DNA of 64,000 nucleotides from Eledone cirrhosa (taxonomy: Eukaryota): positions 350,114,001 to 350,178,000 of the forward strand of contig OZ024740.1 in the NCBI GenBank assembly GCA_964016885.1. The letters run 5' to 3'. This document shows, piece after piece, positions 44,107 through 56,307 of this stretch. Numbering within the stretch: position 1 is the stretch's first letter; each line of letters begins with the position of its first letter. The notes under the pieces are model-generated. The model did no database searches, was not told the origin of the DNA, and worked only from the letters and a program-made list of their open reading frames with translations. Both the position numbers and the translations under genes were made by a program.

Positions 44107-45315
44107 AGAATTACATCCAAATTAGAGGCACAGCGATGGGAACGAAGTTTGCTCCCGTTTACGCGAACTCTGTAATGGGATACTTAGAACAACAACTCTA
44201 CCAAGAAATAGAGGAAAAATATAGTACTGACTTTAGAAATTACATTGAAAAATCTTGGAAGAGATACCTTGACGACTGTTTCATCATCTGGACAGAATCT
44301 CTAGATACTCTGGATGAGTTCAATATCCTCCTGAATAACCTACACCCATCTCTCCAATTCACAAAAGAGATGAGTAGGACCAAATTACCATTCCTAGATA
44401 TAATGATAATCAAAAACGACACCACCAATTACCACGGATATATATATTATAAACACACAGACACCCATCAATATCTGAATTTTAAGTCGTGCCATCCATC
44501 TCATACAAAATGCAACATCCCATACTGCCTAGCCAGAAGAATTTGTACCATTGTAGAAGATACGAATACCACGTACAAAGGCCTAACAGAACTAAGAGAA
44601 TTTTTGCTCAAACAAAAATACGCATCTCTATTTATAGAAAATGGCATACAGCGGGCTATAAAAATACCTATACAACAACTTAGAACAACCCAAGGAAGAA
44701 GAAACCAAGAACTGGTCATACCATTTATAATGACACACAACCCATGTCACCAGAATATATTCAACACTGCCACAGCAAACCTACCGATCATTGCTCAAAG
44801 TAATGAATTAAAAGGCTTAATCACAGATCGATCTTTGACTCTTAGTAAAAAGACAGCCAAAAAATTTGAAGCAATTGCTAACAAAAGCAAAGTTTGACCT
44901 TAACAACAAAGACCAATCATTCACTGTATCTAAATGCAATGATAATCGATGCGGCACATGTCAATCCATACACGCCGGTCAATATATGAAAACAAAAACT
45001 GGAAAAATATTCCCAAATGCAAATATGAACTGCAAAAGCAGAAATCTAATTTACTGCATTAAATGCCCGAATTGTGAAGAACTATATGTCGGTCAAACTG
45101 GAAATGCACTATCGGAACGTGCACGGGTACACCGTCAACAAATCAGAGACCCAAATGTCCGTCAAATACCCCTAAGCGGCCACCTGGCAACATGTGGTCA
45201 GGGAATATTTATAATATTCCCATTCTACAAATTACACAGCCCAAGTGAAATCAAGAGAAAAATCAAAGAAAAGAATGTTATTGATAAATTCAAACCCAAG
45301 CTAAATGAACAATAA
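44107..45315 (+). pseudogene. Penelope/Poseidon-type PLE RT + GIY-YIG ORF, 5'-truncated, frameshifted near 44860
   Basis: First frame: QIRGTAMGTKFAPVYAN, WKRYLDDCFIIW, LPFLDIMI, YKHTDTHQYLNFKSCHPSHTK. Second frame: KCNDNRCGTC, CKSRNLIYCIKCPNC, YVGQTG..LSERARVH, PKLNE. Starts directly after (TA)n. Confidence 0.92.
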
Positions 45316-45689
45316 TAACGCCTAGGGGTATTACTTCTACTACCACTATGACCACGACCACTAACAACAACAACAACAACAATAATAATAATAATAAAAG
45401 TGATGTTGATGGTGATGATTAATAGAAAATGCTATTTTCATCATTTCAAAAAGCAAAACAATTGATACGTTGGGTATGACTATTGGTCGTTAGCATGCTC
45501 AACCAGCCGTGACGCTTAAACCAATCAGCTGTAGTAATTCAGTGAAACTACACACTGATTGGTCGAAATACAGTTTACAGGGCTTTGCATTCTGGAGCCA
45601 CTTTTCTCTGTATAAAATGTATAAAAGGTAGTAAATTTACCCATCTCATTACAGTTGAAAATTGCAAACTCAACTGTCACCACATATCA

Positions 45690-45728
45690 TGAACCTGAAG
45701 ATTGCGAAAGCATGAAAGTACTTGTTCA
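45690..45728 (+). ncRNA. Minimal type-I hammerhead ribozyme in the PLE 3' region
   Basis: TGAAC-CTGAAGA-T-TGC-GAAA-GCA-T-GAAA-GTAC-TT-GTTCA. Stem I is tgaac/gttca; stem III is the palindrome AGTACT; lies about 375 nt after the PLE stop. Confidence 0.8.
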
Positions 45729-45904
45729 ATTAACACTTAGAATTTAATATTCTATCATACTATTTCATTATAATACCATATTATATATATTTTAAAGGAT
45801 TGTAAATAAAACGAGTAAATCAGACAAAGTTGGAATTCCTCTTATTAATATAATCTTCTATACACAATCATACACACCCGTGTATATTTACCTATCTATC
45901 TATC

Positions 45905-48689
45905 TCTCAGGGAGCTAATAGATAGAGTAGAAGAGGCAATTAGAAGCGGCGACGTGGCCAGAGTGCTAGCGTCGAGAACGGCTTTGAGCCAGTTTTTCGA
46001 CGCGAAGCACGAAGGCTGCGTTGTCCGAAGTAAAATACGTGCTCTAGGGAACGAGGGGACCAAAGCTGTTAGCTGGGCCCGCGTGACAGAGGCCAACAGT
46101 GGAACTAAATCCACCATCCGGTCTTTGCGAGACCTGGATGGACGGGCGATTCTTGAGCCTAAGCAGATGTGTGAGGCCTTTCAAAGGCACTTTGCCCGAC
46201 TGTTCGGGAGGGGCGGGGAGCCGGTTGGGAACGTGGACTTCGGTCCATACCTCGACGGCCTGCCGCGCCTCTCGGACAGGGAGGCGAAGTCCTGCGAAGA
46301 GCCGATTTCGGCCGCTGAGATAGAGGACGTGCTGAGCCAATGCGGCAAACGCAAATCCCCGGGTCTCGATGGTCTTCCTTACGAATTATATCTAGCTATG
46401 CCGGACTTGTTCCCCGATCTCCTCGAGGCGGTCTACTGCAACTGGCAACAGAACGGGAGAATTCCCTGTACTGTGACCAAGGGCGTAGTCACGCTAGTGA
46501 GGAAGGACGAGAACAAGGGGGACGAAATAAGTAACTTCAGGCCCATAACACTGCTAAATACAGAGTTACAGATTTTGGCCAAGGTGCTAGCAAAGAGGTT
46601 GGCGCTTGTCGTGGGCAACCTGGTGGGAGATGCGCAGACATGCGCTATCCCGTCCAGGTCCATCCATGACAACCTCCACCTCATGCGATACATCATAGAG
46701 AGGGTTGGGAACGAACCCGGCTTTGGTGGGGCTCTGATCAACTTGGATCAATCTAAGGCGTTCGATAGGGTCGACCATGGTTACCTGGATGCGGTGCTAG
46801 CGGCGGCAGGCTTCGGACCCGTTTTCAGGGGCTGGATCACTGCTATGCACAGCAGCCGCATCTGCTCTAGGGTCAAGGTGAACGGCTACCTCTCGGAGCC
46901 GTTCAAAATCGCGCGGTCCATCCGACAAGGGTGCCCTCTCTCCTCCCTTCTGTATGTGTTGACTCTCGAGCCACTACTGCGGAAGTTGGAGTTGTTGCAG
47001 GGCATCCCTTTGGAACCGGGATTGCGGAAAGCGGTGTCGGCCTACGCCGATGACGTGACAGTAATGGTGTCGACGGCCTCCGAAATCGAGGCGGTCGGCA
47101 CCTTACTGGAGGAGTACGAAAAGTTCACAGGGGCTAAGCTGAACCGGGACAAGTCGATCGGTTTGCAACTCGGCACGTGGAGGGGCAGACCGATGCCCTC
47201 CGATAGCGTCGTCGGACGCTGGACGGAGGGCCCGGTGAAGTTGCTCGGGGTCTGGTTCGGACCGGACCTCCAGGTGGAGAAAAACTGGGCGGAGGTTACG
47301 AACAGGGTGTTTGCACTGACCCAGAAGTGGGCCAGTTGCAAACTATCCCTGAAAGGCCGGGCGGAGGTGGCGAACACCTACATAGCGTCCGTCATCTACT
47401 ACCGCCTGACCGTAGTGCCCTGCCCAAGGGAAACCCTCACCAAGATGGAGCGCGCGCTCTTCCAATTCCTTTGGAAGAGGCGGGCTCCTATGGTGAGGAG
47501 ATCCATCTGCTGTCAACACCCTTCGAAAGGAGGGCTGGGGATGCCGTGGCTAATGATGCGTAAACACGCATTAAGGCTACGGCACCTCTACGTATTCCTC
47601 ACCGGACAACCGGTGTGGGCCTCGTTTGTGAGACGAACCTTTCCCAGACTCGTCTCACTCACCGAGCTGCAATCCTGGGTCAAGCAAAGACCGAGAAAAC
47701 TGGGCGCCTGGCACACTGAGTGTGCCCAGGCGCTCACCGCCCTCTGGCAGGCGGATCCGGTTATCAGTGGAGACTCCACCGCAACATTCTATAGAGGGCT
47801 AGTACGCAGCAGGTGCGACGACGCCCTCGGAGAAGCCCTAGACATGGAGGAGGACGAACTGGCCAGCCTGTTCGGTAGGACATTCAGCCCGGGACCTATG
47901 GACAACTTCCAGAAGTCCCTGGCCTGGCAGTGCTACCGAGGGGCTTTACCCGTTCGAGAAAGGCTCTACAGACACGGGCGCCCGGGTAGGGACCCCGCCA
48001 AAAAGATCTGTCCCAGATGCGTGTGCGACGAGGAAACCGTTGCACACGCATTAGTACACTGCTCGGGCGTAGCCGATCTGTGGGGCTATGTCGAACAACT
48101 GCTGTCAAGGGTGGGACCGATCCGGTTGACCACCGAGTCTATTGTAATGATCAAGCCGCCTCCCCCCTTCAAAGATGAAGCAGAGGCGGTGTTTCTGTGC
48201 GTAATAGCCATGGCGAAAGAGGTTGTATGGTGGACGCGTCTGAAAGGACTGAGGTCGGGCACCTTTCTCTCTGGCCAACAACTGGTCCGTTTCTTCCGAT
48301 ATCATTTCGGAAGAAGGATCAGGATGGAGAGAGAGGTGCTGCACCCCAGCCGTTTCTATGAAAGATGGGTGAAAGTGGCGAGAATGGCCCGTGTGAATGG
48401 GCCTTCACTCTACATCAGACTATAGGTGAGGAAGATGAAAGACCAAGGGAGCACCCCTTCTCTGTGCTCCTGAGGAGAAGGGTTGCACACTTTTTTCGGG
48501 GGTGTGTGCGACCCCCCAAGGCGCCTCCTCTCTATTGAGGATTTTGTTAAAAATTTTATTTTTTGTTATATCTTATTTTATTTTTATATTTTGTTATTGC
48601 CTCCTCCTTATTGAGGACGCCTTTTTGTGTAAACTCCCCCCTTTGTACTTGTCCCACTTTTGATGCCCTAGTGGCAAATAAAAGAAATA
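45905..48689 (+). mobile_element. Tx1/L1-clade LINE, 5'-truncated, young
   Basis: GC-rich island with an uninterrupted ORF2 and a 3' UTR ending ...gtggcaaataaaagaaa. Candidate TSD tatctatctctc at 45897-45908 and 48690-48701. Confidence 0.9.
45954..48425 (+). CDS. Tx1-like ORF2 (reverse transcriptase plus C-terminal zinc knuckle; APE domain lost to truncation)
   Basis: KSPGLDGLPYELY, NFRPITLLNT, LDQSKAFDRVDH, RQGCPLS, AYADDV, KLLGVWFG, GGLGMP, CPRC...ETVAHALVHC. Confidence 0.93.
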   Translation: MARVLASRTALSQFFDAKHEGCVVRSKIRALGNEGTKAVSWARVTEANSGTKSTIRSLRDLDGRAILEPKQMCEAFQRHFARLFGRGGEPVGNVDFGPYLDGLPRLSDREAKSCEEPISAAEIEDVLSQCGKRKSPGLDGLPYELYLAMPDLFPDLLEAVYCNWQQNGRIPCTVTKGVVTLVRKDENKGDEISNFRPITLLNTELQILAKVLAKRLALVVGNLVGDAQTCAIPSRSIHDNLHLMRYIIERVGNEPGFGGALINLDQSKAFDRVDHGYLDAVLAAAGFGPVFRGWITAMHSSRICSRVKVNGYLSEPFKIARSIRQGCPLSSLLYVLTLEPLLRKLELLQGIPLEPGLRKAVSAYADDVTVMVSTASEIEAVGTLLEEYEKFTGAKLNRDKSIGLQLGTWRGRPMPSDSVVGRWTEGPVKLLGVWFGPDLQVEKNWAEVTNRVFALTQKWASCKLSLKGRAEVANTYIASVIYYRLTVVPCPRETLTKMERALFQFLWKRRAPMVRRSICCQHPSKGGLGMPWLMMRKHALRLRHLYVFLTGQPVWASFVRRTFPRLVSLTELQSWVKQRPRKLGAWHTECAQALTALWQADPVISGDSTATFYRGLVRSRCDDALGEALDMEEDELASLFGRTFSPGPMDNFQKSLAWQCYRGALPVRERLYRHGRPGRDPAKKICPRCVCDEETVAHALVHCSGVADLWGYVEQLLSRVGPIRLTTESIVMIKPPPPFKDEAEAVFLCVIAMAKEVVWWTRLKGLRSGTFLSGQQLVRFFRYHFGRRIRMEREVLHPSRFYERWVKVARMARVNGPSLYIRL

Positions 48690-48695
48690 TATCTA

Positions 48696-48750
<55 letters not shown>

Positions 48751-48751
48751 G

Positions 48752-49032
48752 TAAAAGTTCTATTTAAATTGTTGGGATACAACAAGCAAATATTTTTATA
48801 ACTGATATAAAGCACTCAACAAATATTTGGAGTAAAAATACGGTATTAACAAATGGAAACTATATTTATAAAACCATATTTATTTCATTATACACATTTC
48901 AAGGACAAAAACTGCTCTATATTATATTTTATCTGATGAAAGCACACCATAATTTAACTTGGTGTCCTTGAAATATGTATAATGAAATAAATATGGTTTT
49001 ATAAATATAGTTTCCATTTGTTAATACCGTAT
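48752..49032. mobile_element. HHR-bearing fold-back
   Basis: 48838-48907 is inverted at 48963-49032; TA-rich flanks. Confidence 0.85.
48927..48987 (+). ncRNA. Type-I HHR (family of 33046-33104, covarying stem II)
   Basis: TTTTAT-CTGATGA-AAG-C-ACACCA..TGGTGT-C-CTT-GAAA-TATGTA-TA-ATGAAA. Confidence 0.82.
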
Positions 49033-49039
49033 ATATATG

Positions 49040-49070
<31 letters not shown>

Positions 49071-49149
49071 GTGTGTGTGTGTATTAGAAATAAACGAGGA
49101 AGTTTTGGTACCAACACCAGTAATTCACTGAACCACCTATACTACATAT

Positions 49150-49470
49150 ATATGGCGACGGTCAATTGCATCTATTAATGTACTCTCGTTGACATGTTGG
49201 ACATTTCTGTAGACTGTATGCTGCCAATCACACGCATTTGACACCAAATACCTATGGAAAATCGTTGGCATCAGGTACGATAACTACACCAACAATAAAA
49301 AAAAAACGCCAACAAACCCGCCAGCAACTTGTGTTTAACATCAAATACAAGCGTCGACTTGGCTGGTTTGGATACGTCACACGACTACCAAGTGAGAGTC
49401 ATACTAATCAAGTCCTGTATTAATACGCCCACGGTAAGACGAGAAGAGTACGTCCCCAGATACTCTCCAA
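49150..49470 (+). mobile_element. Degraded RTE-like fragment
   Basis: HAFDTKYLWKIVGI; RRLGWFGYVTRLP. Confidence 0.55.
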
Positions 49471-49747
49471 TTGTTGCTAAGAATATTTATGACATGCTCA
49501 CAGGTTTTTTAAAATCCATAGCAAGGTTACAAGGATGTTTATTATACATGAACATTTTGTGTATGTTTCAATACACAGCCCCGGCTCAGTTGTGTGTGTA
49601 TGTGTGTATAACTCTATATGCATTATGTGTATTTATATATATGGCAGTCGATTTGACAGAGTCGTTAGAGCATTGAATAATTGATCCATGTCTGAGTTTA
49701 AAAACCATCTTTTCAATTCTATGAAGCTGTCACAACCTGGATGTTGT

Positions 49748-49837
<90 letters not shown>

Positions 49838-49839
<2 letters not shown>

Positions 49840-50545
49840 TAAAGTAATAAATCAAGAAAAAGAAGAACAAACCTATGTTGGGCAACTACCAGAAACACCC
49901 AGACAGCTTTGGGAGCTATTTCGCAATTTATTTAGCAAAGGAAATCACCAATTTTCTGCTCTTCAGTGGGTGTAGAAATTTCTTTCTTGGAGCTATTTAA
50001 TTGTAAAAGACTATTTTGAGTTTCTAACTCAATATCTGATATTGTCGGCTCCGTCTTGTTGAGCTAATTTAAATGTCGTGTAAACCCGGCTGCTATTTTT
50101 AGTAGTGTATGTTTATGAGACACGCTAGGTTCTGATGCCATGTGCGTTATTTGATATTCGCACACTATTCAGTCTTCTGATATACTTAGAAGTGGAGGGA
50201 TTACTAATTTTTACACCCACCGAGGAGCAGAAAATTGGTGATTTCCATTGGTAAATAATTTGCGAAACAGCTCCCATGGCTGTCTGGGTGTTTCTGGCAG
50301 TTGGCCAACATAGGTTTGTTTTTCTTTTTCTTGATTTATTACTTTAAATTGAATCTGGTTAACCATGTTATTATAGTTAGTATTATTTTCACCCTAGTGA
50401 ACTTGGTCCCTTACAATTCGAACACATGTATGTTTATATCTGTGTTTACCTCTCTTGTTATTCAATTATATTACACGGCTCAGAAAAACTTCTTTCTTGG
50501 AGCTATTTAATTGTAAGAGACTATTTTGAGTTTCTAACTCAATAT

Positions 50546-50547
<2 letters not shown>
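49838..50547. mobile_element. Family B fold-back plus a 510-nt unit with terminal direct repeat
   Basis: 49838-49980 is an inverted copy of about 50206-50346; direct repeat at 49981-50037 and 50491-50547. Confidence 0.85.
49895..49973 (-). ncRNA. Type-I HHR (family of 28366-28448); the mirror copy at 50213-50291 + has a CCGAGGA core
   Basis: ACACCCA-CTGAAGA-GCAG...TTGC-GAAA-TAGCT..AGCTG-TC-TGGGTGT. Confidence 0.82.
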
Positions 50548-50581
<34 letters not shown>

Positions 50582-50585
<4 letters not shown>

Positions 50586-51463
50586 GTATTGAAGTTTCCG
50601 TTGAAAATTGAAAAAGTCATAGGAGTGAAGAGTGGTCTATGTAAGTACCAGAGCTAAATTTAATGTATAATAAACAATACAATATAATTACCTCATTGCC
50701 AGAGGTTTCCCGAATAAGACGAATACGAAAAACGTCCTCATTCGTTCATCGGACAAGGCAATTTAAAACATAGTGAAATATTTGAAAAATCTCCTCAAGA
50801 AAGGCAAGAGTTTAACGGGCAAAAAAAAATATATAAATAAAAGTAATGCAAGAGATATATAAAAAAATAAAGAAATATATTTAGGGTATGTGTATATGTA
50901 TGTATATACACTCACAGATGTACATATGTGTGTATGTACAAATGCATGTGTATGGTGAAAATGTGTGCGTAAGTACATATATGAGGGCAAGTATATTTGT
51001 GTATATGTGACCACAAATACGTATATAATATGAGTTGAAAAAGAAATTGTAAGATAATATAGTTAACACACATCCAGATACAGGTATTAAATATATACAC
51101 ATACGAGTATGAAAGCACGCGTATAAACACACACACGCGCGGTCACTTATATGCGGAAGGTAAAGCGGGAAGGAAGTGTAATAGTAAAAAGAAGTGTCAT
51201 TCTCGATATACATATAAAAATGAAATGAGAATGAAAATTTTTTTTTTAAATCAAAGAGAAAGTAAGTGGGAGGGGTTATCAATTAGCAATAGAAAAGAGA
51301 AAACAAACATAGGTACGCACGTACACACATATATATATATATATATAAATATATATACATATAAATACGTACAGACAAAAGCGCATGCATGCGTACATAC
51401 ATACACACGAGGCACGTATATATATATATCGCCACATGTATATCTAATCACACGTACGTACGC

Positions 51464-51528
<65 letters not shown>

Positions 51529-52735
51529 CACACCCATACATACGCATACATATACACATACATACACATACACATACATTCACCCACATACACACACACG
51601 TATAAAGAAGTATGTAAAAAACATAGATATAGAAACACACATACACACACATATATACGTACGCACGCACACATACGGAGGCGTTCGTATACATATACAG
51701 AACGTATACACACATATGCACACTCACCACGCATAGATACAAATTATAAACCAGTCGTATGAATAAATGAGTACAAATATAAAATCGGCTGCGAAACAAC
51801 AGAATATATCTGGAGTGGAAAACGCAAGTGACAAGTAATATCAGGTAGTGAAAGAAAATGGGGAAGTAAAATGTGGAATGTGAAGATATTAGGTAAGTGA
51901 ATCAAAAAAGGGGGGGGGGGTCACTGGTGGATGTGAAGTAAAAATAAAAATAAAGTTAAAAATGAAGTTAAAAATGAAAGTAAATCAGAAAGAGAAGTCT
52001 GTAAAGAGGGTAATATAAGGAAAGTGAAGAACAAGAGTTTATGGAGGATAAGTATCTGAAAGTGAGTTAAGTTTATATGAGCTGGAAAGCAAGTGTAATT
52101 TCATGTGTGGGCAACTGGTGAAAATTTCTGTTTTTGCTTTTAGGCAGGTTTTTGGTGATTATATATATTGTTTCATTTTTATACATATATCGAGAATGAC
52201 ACTTCTTTTTACTATTACACTCCCTTCCCTCTTTATCTTCCGCATATAAGTGACCGCGTGTGTGTATGTGTTTATACGCGTGCTTTCATAGTCGTATGTG
52301 TATATATTTAATACCTGTATCTGGATGTGTGTTAGCTATATTATCTTACAATTTCTTTTTCAAATCATATTATATACGTATTTGTGGTCACATATACACA
52401 AATATACTTGCCCTCATATATGTACTTACGCACACATTTTCACCATACACATGCATTTGTACATACACACATATGTACATTTGTGAGTGTATATACATAC
52501 ATATACACTTACCCTAACTATATTTCCTTATTTTTTTATATATCTTTGCATTACTTTTATTTATATATTTTTTTTGCCCGTTAAACTCTTGCCTTTCTTG
52601 GGGAGATTTTTCAAATGTTTCACTATGTTTTAAATTGCCTTGTCCGATGAACGAATGAGGACGTTTTTCGTATTCGTCTTATTCGGGAAACCTCTGGTAA
52701 TGAGGTAATTATATTGTATTGTTTATTATACATTA
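50582..52735. mobile_element. Large fold-back (family C), ~565-bp inverted arms
   Basis: 50661-51225 versus 52171-52735 at high identity; (TA)n flanks. Confidence 0.88.
52634..52710 (+). ncRNA. HHR-like fold with CCGATGA core and long stem II (mirror at 50686-50763 -)
   Basis: CCGATGA-A-CGAATGAGGACG..CGTCTTATTCG-G-GAAA-CCTC..GAGG-TA; canonical stem I is weak. Confidence 0.5.
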
Positions 52736-52745
52736 TATATATATG

Positions 52746-52928
52746 TTATTCCGGGTTGAATCAGAGGTAACCACAGTAAGTAAGGTACTCTATACATAGC
52801 AGAGTATAGAAGTTTTAATATAGAAGAGCTTCTACAGGACTAGATCTGTTTCATTCGTGAGAAATCATCAGGAAGCTCTGATGATTTCTCACGAATGAAA
52901 CAGTTCTCGTCCTGTAGAAGCTCCTCTC

Positions 52929-52930
<2 letters not shown>
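52746..52930. mobile_element. Minimal fold-back whose junction lies at the CTGATGA core
   Basis: Arms at 52826-52871 and 52878-52923; CTGATGA-TTTC-TCAC-GAAT-GAAA in each arm. Confidence 0.8.
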
Positions 52931-52974
<44 letters not shown>

Positions 52975-53269
52975 CGTGTGTATGCGCGCGCGCGCGTATA
53001 TGTATGTGTGTGCATTTGTGTGTGTATGTATGTGTATATTTGTTTGTGTGTGTGTGTGTGTGTGTATGTGTGTGTATGTGTGTGTGTGTATATAACTTTG
53101 ATAAGGATATACATATATATGAAGTGTAAGAAAAAAGTAATGCAATTTTTGTCACGGGCGGTGCATTCCGTAATGTAATCATTCGAAATTTGATACAGAT
53201 ATAAAGGCACATACACTCTTAATCTTTAGTTATTTAATTTTCTCTTTTAAAGATATATGAATAAACGAG

Positions 53270-53815
53270 CTGATATGAAAATAGCAGCCCTGCTGGAAGT
53301 GGTAATCGAGTTCTTTGTTGTCCAAGGAGAAACTCCAGTAAGCATTCACAAAATTCTGAAAAACGTATGCAAAGATAAAGCTTTCGACTACAGCAATGTG
53401 TGGAGATGAGTGCACCCTCTGAATGAGAATGCAACAGACCAAGAAGACTTGGGAAATAAAGCTTAGCAGATAAACCTTGTAGTAGCCTCCTGTCAACATC
53501 TATCAACACTGTTAACAAAGAAAATAGCAGACGCCTTAATCAGAGTTGATAGTGCATAACTATTGATGAGCTGGCATCAGAACTTGGAGTAAGTCATGTT
53601 AGGGCTCACAACATTATTGAGTCAGTTGGATATTAAAAAGTTGTACAATGAAAGAGGCCCTGATAGTCAACCTTTATGATGGTGGTGAAATGGAAACTGC
53701 TGTTAGGAATTGGCGGCATCAGCAGCCAGCTGAATTTTACGAAGCTGGGTTACATGCTCTCATTCGTAGGTAGAACATTACCATTGAAAGAAGAGATGGC
53801 TATGTTGAGAATTAA
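53270..53815 (+). pseudogene. Internally deleted mariner transposase remnant
   Basis: VIEFFVVQGETPVSIHKIL..SNVWR; TIDELASELGVSH; ETAVRNWRHQQPAEFYEAGLHALIRR..DGYVEN*. Confidence 0.75.
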
Positions 53816-53898
53816 GGATGTGAACTTGTGATTTATAGCTATATCTTGATGTGTGATGTTTCAGTGTGTTCTTTATTTCTTAAATAATAAAACATATT

Positions 53899-54003
<105 letters not shown>

Positions 54004-55588
54004 TGACATCTTCGTATGTAAACAAAATACTTTCGTACATTAAAAAAAATGTTTAAAATAATTTTGGTGAAAGGAAGAAGTGAAAAAGCGATAAGGAAAT
54101 ATTTAGCAAGTAGTTGGTATTACAGGTGAGATATAACTGAGAAGGAAATACGTTACTTTGAAATGGAGGAAATTAAAGAAACTGCCAGTAAAAACCGACA
54201 ATACTGAAAGTCATCTTTAACTAAAATCTGAATTCGAAGTAGTTTTCATTCAAATTTTTCTTTAGAATTGTTATCAACCATAAACCCTTATATAAAATGA
54301 ATAAAATTGGTGGCAAGATTTCGAGGAAAATATAACGAATAAATTCAATAATAAGAAAGTGCCTTATACAGTAAGTTAAAAACATTAACTTTATCTCAGT
54401 TTATTCGTATAGTTATTAACAAAATATCGTTCTAGATTTGTATAAGTTGGGAAAGCAAAAGGCAAGTGTGGTAACTCCAATAATATCAGTTAATCCAGTT
54501 TTTTTTTTTTTTTTTTATAAAGAGGACCCAGATGGAGGTAAATAACATCTTTAAAGGTGAACAGAACGGACGTGTTTCGGTTCTTTTGGACCTTTTTACT
54601 AAAGCATGCTCTATTTCGTGATTTAGAATGATCAATATATGAGATATGTGTATCGATATTATGACATTTCAAGGGAGAGTTCTATATACAAAATATGCAT
54701 ACGGTAGTGTTATACATATATAAACCTGTGTTAAAAAACATGTTTCCCGCTCCTACACACACGTCCATACCACAATAACACATCTTACAAAAACACACAT
54801 ACACACGCAACACCTTTATATACCACATAACACATATGCACAGCTCTACACACACACTGCTGCATCATGCAAGCATAGACCTCTTCCCGTGACCACTCAG
54901 CACACTACATATACCACTTCTTTTATCTTCACTCTCTCTCTCTCCATATATGTAACTGTGCGTATATGCGTACTCATATGCATATATATATATATATATT
55001 ATAAATATATATATTGTTATACTTTGGGAGCGTCATGTTGCCAATAAGAAACACACGCACCAGTTGCTTTCACTTCAATTTATTATAAATTAAATTTATA
55101 AATTTAGGAATTTATAAATTTCCGGTTGGTTGGTTGGTTCCACAACCAGATGATTGTTCATATATTGTCAAAGTTCTTTCGTCACACATTCTGTGACCTC
55201 TTCAGTTACTGGGGATTCTTTTCTTTGTTTTTGTACCTCTCCTTTGTTCTGTCCTACGCGATCTTGTTTTTGTGTGTGTTGTGTGCTTAGTTTGCGCATG
55301 TTTTACATCCAGGTGTCTGTGTATGTTTATATTTGTTTATTTGTGTGTGTGTTTTCATTTTGTCCTTAATTGTAAGTTGTGATGTTGCTGTTCCATTCAT
55401 GTTCTCTATTTAATTTTGGTTGGAGTTCATTTATGTTTATTGCCTCTGTGATTTGTCTAAACATTGCGTCTTTTCTGTGTGTAGATTCTATTTTTATTTC
55501 TATGTTCCCTAATTTACCCTTATGTTCTATTTTAGCATGTTGGTGGAGTACAGATGATTCTTTACTATCTTGAAGCTATATTCTTATA

Positions 55589-55857
55589 GTGTACATAGGT
55601 GAGACAGCTCGTAGTATAGGGGAACGGATAAATGAACACTGGCGAGAGCTTCAAGATAGTAAAGAATCATCTGTACCCACCAACATGCTAAAATAGAACA
55701 TAAGGGTAAATTAGAGAACATAGAAATAAAAATAGAATCTACACACAGAAAAGACGCAATGTTTAGACACATCACAGAGGCAATAAACATAAATGAACTC
55801 CAACCAAAATTAAATAGAAAACATGAATGGAACAGCAACATCACAACTTACAATTAA
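55589..55857 (+). pseudogene. PLE GIY-YIG C-terminal fragment (inverted partial copy at 55366-55577)
   Basis: VYIGETARSIGERINEHWRELQDSKESSV/HQHAKIEHKGKLENIEIKI..RHITEAININELQPKLNRKHEWN* (one frameshift); colinear with the C-terminus of ORF 62598-63917. Confidence 0.88.
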
Positions 55858-56054
55858 GGACAAAATAAAAACACACACACACATAGAACAAACAACCAAC
55901 CAGTAACATGTAAATAAACAAATAAATAAACAAATATAAACACACAGACAACCGGATGTAACACATGCGCAAATTAAGCACACAACACACACAAAAACAA
56001 GATGGCGTAGGACAGAACAAAGGATAGGCACAAAAACAAAGAAAAGAATCCCCA

Positions 56055-56097
56055 GTCACTGAAGAGGTCACAGAATATGTGACGAAAGAACTTTGAC
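56055..56097 (+). ncRNA. Type-I HHR (mirror at 55167-55209 -)
   Basis: GTCA-CTGAAGA-G-GTCACA-GAATA-TGTGAC-GAAA-GAAC-TT-TGAC, about 200 nt downstream of a GIY-YIG stop codon. Confidence 0.8.
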
Positions 56098-56307
56098 AAT
56101 ATATGAACAATCATCTGGTTGTGGAACCAACCAACCAACCGGAAATTTATAAATTCCTAAATTTATAAATTTAATTTATAATAAATTGGAGTGAAAGCAA
56201 CTGGTGCGTGTGTTTCTTATTGGCAACATGACCCTCCCAAAGTATAACAATATCGGTTTCAACACACGTTTTCAGATAAAGAATCTTGCTAAACAAATTC
56301 AGAAACG

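Noticed and set aside
46044-48344. Overlapping alternative-frame and antisense ORFs in the Tx1 element
   Set aside because: Expected in GC-rich coding DNA; no motifs.
54560-54610. HHR on the minus strand (..GAAACACGTC)
   Set aside because: Only the 3' half is recognisable; the CUGANGA core is absent.
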